Of a stretch of 64,000 bases of DNA, positions 57,660 to 64,000 are shown piece by piece. The notes under the pieces were generated by a model, which saw only the letters and a program-made list of their open reading frames with translations, ran no database searches and had not been told where the DNA came from. The position numbers and the translations under genes are program-made. How positions within the stretch are numbered: the stretch's first letter is position 1; the number at the start of each line of letters is the position of its first letter. This DNA comes from an uncultured Pirellulaceae bacterium (GTDB taxonomy: Bacteria; Planctomycetota; Planctomycetia; Pirellulales; Pirellulaceae): positions 1,559-65,558 of the forward strand of contig CAZVBC010000001.1 of the NCBI GenBank assembly GCA_964625155.1, given 5' to 3'.

Positions 57660-58778
57660 ATGTCGAAGACGATTAATCGGCCACATACCAAAACAGCTCC
57701 TATCAGGAGATCGATTGTGGTCCTGTTGCTGGCTGTCGCTGCCATGTTCTTTGCGAGACAAGTTCAAGTGGTGGCAAGCGAGCCATTTAGTGTGCAGCAA
57801 GGACAGCAAATGATCGCACAAGGAAATTACCAACAAGCGATTCGCGTTTTTAGTCGCTTGATCAATGACAATCCAACTGACGTGGAAGGTTACCGAGGTC
57901 GTATCGAGGCGGAGTTGTTGTTAGGACGATACTCCGATGCGCTGCGCGACTATGCTCTGATCACTGCGTTTGTACTGCCCGTCAATTCAGATGCGACAGC
58001 AGACATTATCGACGGCTATGCGTTTAGGTTGGCTGAGAATCCTCGCGACATTCCCGCTCTGACCGGAGCCAGTTTCGCTCGCTGGGTCGGATTCGAATAC
58101 AACAAGGCGATCCAGTTGCTTAATCGGCTGCTCGAGATTCGCAAAAACGATCGATATGGACTTTTATTTCGAGGTTCCAGTCGCATGCTGCTAGGTGCTA
58201 ACGTAAATCGAGGTGTGGAGGATCTTGAGTCCGCACTCACACTCGACCCCAATAACTCCCACGTTCGATTTATTGTGGCTGATGCTTACACCTACGGTGT
58301 GCCTGATCCACAACGGGCATTAGCGGAAGCGATGTCCGCGATCGCACTCGGGTTGAATACACCACGCATTCAAGCAATTCTAGCTGCTGCTTATTTTTCT
58401 CTGGGAGACGAGACTCAGTCGGCTATTCACATTCAGCTTCACATCGAAATGGTGACCGACGAACTAGTAACGACCGCACCGCTGATGGATAACAGTTCGA
58501 TCGCGCTCGACTTGGTTCCTGGTCGGACGTTTGAATTGCCGGTCACGGTGAATGCTGGTGAGACATTGTCGATCATAACCTCCAGCCCCAGTCGCGAGAT
58601 ATACGACTCGATACTCGTGTTGCTTGATCCTGACGGTAATCCAGTGCTGGGAAGCGACGACTTCAATAGTTTCTTCGCCGGCTTTGAGTGGACGGTGGCC
58701 GCAGGTGGAACTTATTACCTACAGGTCACTTCGTTCGAAGGCATCAACACTGGTGAACTAATGGTCGAGCGAAATTGA
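57660..58778 (+). CDS. Secreted TPR-repeat protein with a C-terminal pre-peptidase (PPC)-like beta domain
   Basis: Signal/anchor 'IRRSIVVLLLAVAAMFFARQV'. TPR-like repeats ('AIRVFSRLINDNPTDVEGY...'). The C-terminal 'LDPDGNPVLGSDD...GGTYYLQVTSF' pattern is typical of PPC/collagenase-type beta-sandwich domains. Confidence 0.55.
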   Translation: MSKTINRPHTKTAPIRRSIVVLLLAVAAMFFARQVQVVASEPFSVQQGQQMIAQGNYQQAIRVFSRLINDNPTDVEGYRGRIEAELLLGRYSDALRDYALITAFVLPVNSDATADIIDGYAFRLAENPRDIPALTGASFARWVGFEYNKAIQLLNRLLEIRKNDRYGLLFRGSSRMLLGANVNRGVEDLESALTLDPNNSHVRFIVADAYTYGVPDPQRALAEAMSAIALGLNTPRIQAILAAAYFSLGDETQSAIHIQLHIEMVTDELVTTAPLMDNSSIALDLVPGRTFELPVTVNAGETLSIITSSPSREIYDSILVLLDPDGNPVLGSDDFNSFFAGFEWTVAAGGTYYLQVTSFEGINTGELMVERN

Positions 58779-58984
58779 ATTGGAACGTCAGTGAATTGAT
58801 CGTCTCTCGAATCCACCGCTTCGGCGCAGAGAAACTTTCATACGCGAAGTAAACGGAGGCTTATAGTCTGGGCTGTTAACAATGCGGCATGTTGCAAAGT
58901 TTGCGACTTGCGCAAGTTTTATTTCTCCGCGCGCAACCATACTTGCGCAAACACATTCCCCTGCAAATTGCAGTCGTTTAACCA

Positions 58985-59977
58985 TTAGCCGCGCAGGTGC
59001 GATTGTGCCAATCGAAATCCACAGTGCCGCAGCCACCCTACTCCGGCCAGTACCGCAAACGAGAACAACGAGCCCGCTACTACACCGCCGAATATGGAGC
59101 TGAGCAGAATGCTGCTCAGCCTACTGGTTCCGAATTCACGCATCAAAGGTAGAAAAATCATCGTAGCCATTAACTGCGAGCAAATAGCTATCAGCAAGAT
59201 GCTTCGTGGTACCCGCCTTGGCAGTCGGTTTCCAAGGACTATTTGAATCCAATCGTAGATTAACCAGCCGAGGAAAAGCCCTATTACGCCGAAAAACTCT
59301 GGCGTAAATCCGCCTGTCCAATAGCCATAATCTTTCTCCGCGAAAGCCGGGTCTTTCAGGTTGCGGCTCGCCGTCAACGCTAGAGCCACAATGCAAGTGA
59401 GCTCCATCAAAGCAACGATGGTGAACTTTGGCGCAGCATGCATCGAATCACTGGCCAAATAGTATCGCTGACCGCCAATCATTTGTGTGACAATGCCCAT
59501 GAATACCACTCCGCTGATGACAGGCACAGCGTACAACGCAGCGAAGTAGTAATACGCGTAAGACTGCAAAATGAACATCGGCCAATCGTCTGCTCTTGAA
59601 TGCAAAGCTACCGCGAGCACAGCCCCGGGCAGGAACATAATCACTAACAGTGCCAGTACCAGTACGATTCTGAAAGTCAATCGTATTGGCAGGAGAATCG
59701 GCAACGTAACAACCAGGCTCAACAATGCATTTGCCGGCGAGAGCAGGATCAGCCGCAGCGCGTATGCAATAAACGGGCTAAATGTTGGTCGGATTTGGAT
59801 CAGCAATTCAAATGCCGGTATTGTCACAGTCCAAATCACCATGGTCGCCAGTACCAGGCCGCCAATCCCCAGCAGCAACCGTCGGGATCGTGCGTTTTCA
59901 GATTCATAACAGGACGGATCGAGATCATTCACAACCCCATCTTGACCACACACAAGCCAACTCCTTCCTGCCAGCAA
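58985..59977 (-). CDS. Polytopic membrane protein of unknown function
   Basis: About 8 predicted hydrophobic helices across 330 aa, with no recognisable motif. The TTG start is uncertain. Confidence 0.45.
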   Translation of the reverse strand: MLAGRSWLVCGQDGVVNDLDPSCYESENARSRRLLLGIGGLVLATMVIWTVTIPAFELLIQIRPTFSPFIAYALRLILLSPANALLSLVVTLPILLPIRLTFRIVLVLALLVIMFLPGAVLAVALHSRADDWPMFILQSYAYYYFAALYAVPVISGVVFMGIVTQMIGGQRYYLASDSMHAAPKFTIVALMELTCIVALALTASRNLKDPAFAEKDYGYWTGGFTPEFFGVIGLFLGWLIYDWIQIVLGNRLPRRVPRSILLIAICSQLMATMIFLPLMREFGTSRLSSILLSSIFGGVVAGSLFSFAVLAGVGWLRHCGFRLAQSHLRG

Positions 59978-60121
59978 TCACAGTTCACTCTCCCAGCAAC
60001 CTATCAACGCAGAATCCAACGCCTGGACGTTAATTTCATTCAATGACATCGAAGTGTGGAGTTCCCTCTGAACATCAGACAGTGACTGACGACATGTCAG
60101 AATATTGACAGAGCGCAATAC

Positions 60122-60508
60122 TCACAGATCCACTCCACAAACTATTGTGATCACGATGACAAACGCAGCAGCAAGTACTCCCCACAACATGATTCGAGAC
60201 CGAGGAATGTCGGAGAAATCGTTGACTGCTGTCAGGGCGAAGGCGATACCCCAGGAACATAAACTGAAAGGTACCATGACTGCGAATAAAACATTCATTT
60301 TTCGAAAGCCGTCAGCGATACTACCATGGTTCTGATCTGGAATCAGGTCTGAGACCACAAAAAAAATTGGCAAAAAGAATAAAAACGGAGAGAACCAAAG
60401 GATTCTCGACACTCGTCGCAGTACCGTTCTCGAAAAATGACTCTGCTTCTTGGAACCGCCATCTATCCCGGTTGAGTGCACGTTTACTCTCATTCGTTTG
60501 AGCGGCAT
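60122..60508 (-). CDS. Small membrane protein of unknown function
   Basis: 128 aa with 3 hydrophobic segments ('ILWFSPFLFFLPIFFVV', 'VLFAVMVPFSLCSWGIAFAL', 'WGVLAAAFVIVITIV'). Coding status is not independently supported. Confidence 0.4.
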   Translation of the reverse strand: MPLKRMRVNVHSTGIDGGSKKQSHFSRTVLRRVSRILWFSPFLFFLPIFFVVSDLIPDQNHGSIADGFRKMNVLFAVMVPFSLCSWGIAFALTAVNDFSDIPRSRIMLWGVLAAAFVIVITIVCGVDL

Positions 60509-60746
60509 AATTTTGGAGAATTATGTATTGCAAGCTAGACTGTCGTACTCAACTGATCAGTTTGTGTGTTGAGCTGAATCGCGGAAACGCAGATTGAATG
60601 GGACGAAGTTGCCGCTGCGGTTTGGTAGGAACCTCGATCTCCCGTCCGCGAATCTCATTTCTTAACTGTGGCTGAGCACTGGTCAGGCTCAGAGGCATCT
60701 AGTGCGCGAGGTATCTTCAGCCTTGTAACTAACCGAGGGCTGGATG

Positions 60747-61811
60747 CTATCCCAAGATCTTGGCTTGACGTAGAAACTCTGCCAGAGTTTCCATCTGCTT
60801 GTCCGTGAGGCTGTGATACGGAGACCGGCGCCAACGCTGCGTCAAACCAAATAATTCGTAAATCCCGTGCATGGCTGCGTCGAAGCCACCTTCACTCTTA
60901 CGCACAAAATCGAACAATGGCATGTCATAATCGCGAATGACATTCACAGCAGTCGTCGTGTCGCCGGATGTAATCGCATGGAAATAGCGCCATGCAATTT
61001 CTGGCTTGAAATTGATAAAGGTTGACAAGTAACCGTCGGCTCCGAAGGGAACCATATTCAAATGATTCTGCTTTGCTCCACCAGCCGAAAGGGCCCAGCG
61101 ATCATGAGTGAGCAAACAAGTCTTGCGAATGAACTCACCGAGAAAATCGTCTTTGAGCGCCATAACTCGCGGCACTTCATCGCGCAAGCGGCGCATCAAC
61201 TCAACCCCAAAGTCAATTCCGCGAGCAATTAAGAAATTTGTGACAACCATTACGGGTATATGTTCACCAACTGCACGATAATGATCCACCAGGGACTGAT
61301 GGGTCGTACTTGCAGCCCAATCCGGCGGCAAAGTCATTAACATATCCGCGCCGATTCCAGCAGCATACTTCGCAAAATTAACCGACTTGCCGGTCCACCA
61401 TTGCCCAGTGGCGGCTACCACAAACACACGATGATTGACGTGTCGTACGACCGCTTTGGTCAACTCGGCTATTTCTTCATCCGTTAGAACTGAAAACAGA
61501 CTATCGCCCCAGGTCAATACCACGGCGCGGACTTTTGCCTGCTCAATCAGAAAGTCTAACAACTTATAAAGAGCTGAATAATCGATTTCGCCATCGCGTT
61601 TGAAGGGAGTACGAATCGAAGGCCACGGGCCGCTGAGCGCTGCACGAATCTCCGGTGGGCAGCCTTGCGACGCCGCGCGGCTGGCGCGAGTTTCCTGAGC
61701 TGATATTCGATTGACATTGAACGCCAAAGTGCTCGCAATCGCAGCCGACGAAGTCAAAAAACGTCTTCTTTGAACGCTGATCTCATTCGATCGACGATTT
61801 TCAATGTGCAT
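60747..61811 (-). CDS. Dihydrodipicolinate synthase/N-acetylneuraminate lyase-family (class I aldolase) protein with a Tat-type signal
   Basis: 'QRRRFLTSSAAIASTLAF' is a twin-arginine leader. The body has a DapA-family layout ('AVVLTWGDSLFSVLTDEE', 'VFVVAATG', 'GADMLMTLPP'). Family assignment comes from overall pattern only. Confidence 0.7.
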   Translation of the reverse strand: MHIENRRSNEISVQRRRFLTSSAAIASTLAFNVNRISAQETRASRAASQGCPPEIRAALSGPWPSIRTPFKRDGEIDYSALYKLLDFLIEQAKVRAVVLTWGDSLFSVLTDEEIAELTKAVVRHVNHRVFVVAATGQWWTGKSVNFAKYAAGIGADMLMTLPPDWAASTTHQSLVDHYRAVGEHIPVMVVTNFLIARGIDFGVELMRRLRDEVPRVMALKDDFLGEFIRKTCLLTHDRWALSAGGAKQNHLNMVPFGADGYLSTFINFKPEIAWRYFHAITSGDTTTAVNVIRDYDMPLFDFVRKSEGGFDAAMHGIYELFGLTQRWRRSPYHSLTDKQMETLAEFLRQAKILG

Positions 61812-61948
61812 TGATTTGTTTTCCTAAGAGTAAGCGCTAGCTACTGAGAAATCTCTCCAAGGCACTAACGACATTGGCAGATATCGCCAACAGTAATTGT
61901 GTCTGCTTAGTGTCTCACTGCCGAGGCAACTTATTTCGTAATCTACTC

Positions 61949-61973
61949 AATAACCAGGTGCACGAGCCAAGTT
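61949..61973 (+). repeat. Dispersed 25-nt exact repeat, copy 2
   Basis: 'aataaccaggtgcacgagccaagtt' is identical to 38278..38302. It is located 31 nt 3' of the CBM9-like gene stop. Confidence 0.9.
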
Positions 61974-62003
61974 CATTCTATGATCTTGCAAGACAAATGA
62001 CCC

Positions 62004-62921
62004 TTATTTCGTAGATTTGGTTGATGAACCCTGCCCCCGAAAAGTGACGTAAGGAAACACTTCGGGAATATGCGAATCCCAAACTCCATGTGGACTGAGC
62101 GCCCAGCCGCCAGAGTCTTTGGCAGGTAGAGCTTCTCGATACTGATTGAAGCGCGAAAAATCCATACGCCAAATATCTCCCGGTTTTGGCGGCAATGATC
62201 GAGGGTCTCCGAGCATCAACGATTTCATTCCCTTCCACGGAAATGCCAATTCAACTGTCCAACCGCGGTCTCGATCCTGAGAGTCATTTAACGTTCCGTC
62301 GATGTATACTGCCGATTTAGCATCCGGAAAATCCCATTTCAGATAAGCCCAGCGTTTTCCACGTGGATGGTCCTTCAGGCCCACACCATTAAAGGGCTGG
62401 TACTTGACGATTGGGTCCGCTTGATTGAATTCTGGCCGAGCGGCAAAACCGCTGGACGAAAAATGATCTTGCCAAATAAACATCCCTTCGTAAATCGTCC
62501 CATGAGCGTTGATTTCAAACTCATAGTAAGCATCTGTCCCAGCAACAAAGAGCTCGACATCATTGTCATAGTAGATCGGTGAATCGCGTTCCACATACTT
62601 GGCTTGAACGAAGGGTTCCTCAATCCAGTAGCCGACGTACAAATTTTGCTCATCCCATACTACTGACACACGGGTTTCGTGGATGGCCCGTTTGCCAGTG
62701 ATGAGATCCACGAACCTAGGCGAACGCTGCGCATTCTGCCAACTGGCTTCATCTAATTTTCCGTCAATGACAATTGTGCCAGCAACTCGTGCCGCATCGA
62801 TACGCGTGATGTGTTCATCGGCCATCGGTGGAAAGACTTTGGTCTCTACCTCTTGTCCGTAAGCACATGCTCCAAGTGACGTCCCAACGAACAAACACAG
62901 GGTCCGAAGGACTCGATCCAT
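62004..62921 (-). CDS. Secreted carbohydrate-binding family 9 (CBM9/DOMON-like) protein
   Basis: Signal 'MDRVLRTLCLFVGTSLGACAYGQ' from the internal ATG at 62921. 'IDGKLDEASWQNAQRSPRFVDL', 'VWDEQNLYVGYW', 'DNDVELFV' and 'YYEFEINAHGT' are typical CBM9 blocks. Confidence 0.7.
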   Translation of the reverse strand: MDRVLRTLCLFVGTSLGACAYGQEVETKVFPPMADEHITRIDAARVAGTIVIDGKLDEASWQNAQRSPRFVDLITGKRAIHETRVSVVWDEQNLYVGYWIEEPFVQAKYVERDSPIYYDNDVELFVAGTDAYYEFEINAHGTIYEGMFIWQDHFSSSGFAARPEFNQADPIVKYQPFNGVGLKDHPRGKRWAYLKWDFPDAKSAVYIDGTLNDSQDRDRGWTVELAFPWKGMKSLMLGDPRSLPPKPGDIWRMDFSRFNQYREALPAKDSGGWALSPHGVWDSHIPEVFPYVTFRGQGSSTKSTK

Positions 62922-63039
62922 CTGGACAGCCAAAACAATTGACACTGGCCAAGTAAGTTGGTGATACATAATTGTATTGGCCCCTTCGGTTAACTCGTCA
63001 TCAGGCCAGGATGGTCGCCACATACCGGATTCGTAACGC

Positions 63040-63067
63040 GGCGCCGGAGTTATTGTACTCCGGCGCC
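63040..63067. other. GC-rich stem-loop between the ThuA-like and CBM9-like genes
   Basis: 'ggcgccggagt-tattgt-actccggcgcc' forms a perfect 11-bp stem with no T-tract on either strand. Confidence 0.4.
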
Positions 63068-63111
63068 GAGAATTCCCGAGACATCAGAATCTTGCGCGTT
63101 CGCCGGTTTAG

Positions 63112-64000
63112 TTAATTGGCGAAACTGGCTGGTGTCAGATTTTGGCCGGACCAAAAATTAGGTTCGCGTTTAAAGCCGAACATGGAGGGCTTGAATTCAC
63201 CGACGATTGAAGCCTCCGATCTCTCTGGAATTTGACTCTCCAGCCCCGTTGCCCAATAGGCTGCATTGACAATCAAGCGGCGTAAATCTTCAGATTGGAG
63301 GTCCGTTGATGCGCCCATCGTAGTGCAAAAAACTTTACAGACTTTCCCTTCGGCGGTCTTGTGTTCTCGCACCCATGCCAATGGCATTTGAGGATTATTG
63401 ACTGGCCCATCGACCGCTTTGTCACTGGGGTCCATGCCAGCGAGCACTTGCCCCCACAACAACACGGTTGCATCCTTGGGCAGATTCTTGATGCCGTAAA
63501 CATCGGTCGGGCCCCATACATCTTTGACACCTTTCAGCACCGCATGGCTCTTGTTCGCTTCATTGATAACACCACGCGTACTTTGTGAGCCGTGTCGACC
63601 ATGATGGCTGATCCAGGTGTCGCCGAGCACTTGTTGACCGAAACCACCTTGCCATTTGTTACTGTTAAAGCTCCAGCTCGCAAATGGGCTATCTTTACTG
63701 CGCGAATAATTAAACGCATGAGTGGCCGTGCGCAAACCGATGACCGGCTTACCCGAGTTGATATAGTCGACAAAATACTGCATTTGCCAGTCGGGCAGCT
63801 CGCGGAAACGGAGCGACAAAATAACTAAATCGGCGTCTTTCAAATGATGCATGCCCGGAATATTGGTCTGCATATTTGGGTCGATCAGGCCAGAATCAGG
63901 GTCAGTCGAAAAAAGTACTGTTGTATCAAATCCGTGATGTTTTGAAAGAATTTTGGCAAGCTGAGGCAGCGCTTCTTCGGACCGATACTCTTCGTCACCA
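63112..64000 (-). CDS. ThuA-like (trehalose-utilisation, class-I amidotransferase-like) domain protein, 5'-truncated by the window edge
   Basis: The reading frame stays open upstream of the track Met at 63873 to the window end ('...GDEEYRSEEALPQLAKILSKHHGFDTTVLFSTDPDSGLIDPNMQTNIPGMHH...'). 'DLVILSLRFRELPDWQM', 'GKPVIGLRTATHAF' and 'ISHHGRHG' match ThuA-type proteins. Confidence 0.8.
   Translation of the reverse strand, partial: GDEEYRSEEALPQLAKILSKHHGFDTTVLFSTDPDSGLIDPNMQTNIPGMHHLKDADLVILSLRFRELPDWQMQYFVDYINSGKPVIGLRTATHAFNYSRSKDSPFASWSFNSNKWQGGFGQQVLGDTWISHHGRHGSQSTRGVINEANKSHAVLKGVKDVWGPTDVYGIKNLPKDATVLLWGQVLAGMDPSDKAVDGPVNNPQMPLAWVREHKTAEGKVCKVFCTTMGASTDLQSEDLRRLIVNAAYWATGLESQIPERSEASIVGEFKPSMFGFKREPNFWSGQNLTPASFAN

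Noticed and set aside
1-64000. Search for CRISPR arrays, rRNA genes, reverse transcriptases/retrons, transposases and toxin-antitoxin pairs
   Set aside because: I found no regularly spaced direct repeats, no rRNA-like conserved segments, and no ORFs with RT (YxDD), DDE transposase or typical small TA-pair features.

Overview
This 64-kb chromosomal window looks like a Planctomycetota genome of Pirellulales type. That assignment is inferred from gene content: DUF1501, DUF1570, several sulfatases, PVC-type membrane-bound-dehydrogenase and heme-binding domain proteins, and tetrahydromethanopterin-linked genes. I can support about 45 protein-coding genes, one tRNA-Ala(CGC), a few intrinsic terminators or stem-loops, one degraded integrase remnant, and one short dispersed repeat next to a MITE-like inverted-repeat element. 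I see no rRNA, CRISPR array, intact transposon or prophage. Recognisable content includes sulfatase, DUF1501 and PL10-like polysaccharide genes and an esterase-PhoD fusion. There is also fur, flgM, a GT4 glycosyltransferase, an orphan arsA, a split beta-propeller dehydrogenase/cupredoxin/cytochrome c pair, erpA and cobL. Further along are a PIG-L deacetylase, an orphan histidine kinase, a Usp-GspE fusion ATPase, cytochrome c', a C25 peptidase, DUF1028, HU and PolX. One operon, pabB-pabA-DUF447-mptG, is followed by a DRG-like GTPase gene. The best candidate for an undescribed system is the translationally coupled pair at 13087..16688 on the minus strand. It encodes a 745-aa protein joining a CHAT-like domain that lacks its catalytic Cys to an apparently intact transglutaminase-like cysteine-protease core, followed by a 454-aa orphan serine alpha/beta-hydrolase. 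The pair sits in a same-strand array between fur and a single-chain STAS-RsbW partner switch, a small alpha/beta hydrolase and a COG3910-like ATPase. All functional calls come from reading motifs in the translations by eye. No database search was run, so family names are provisional.
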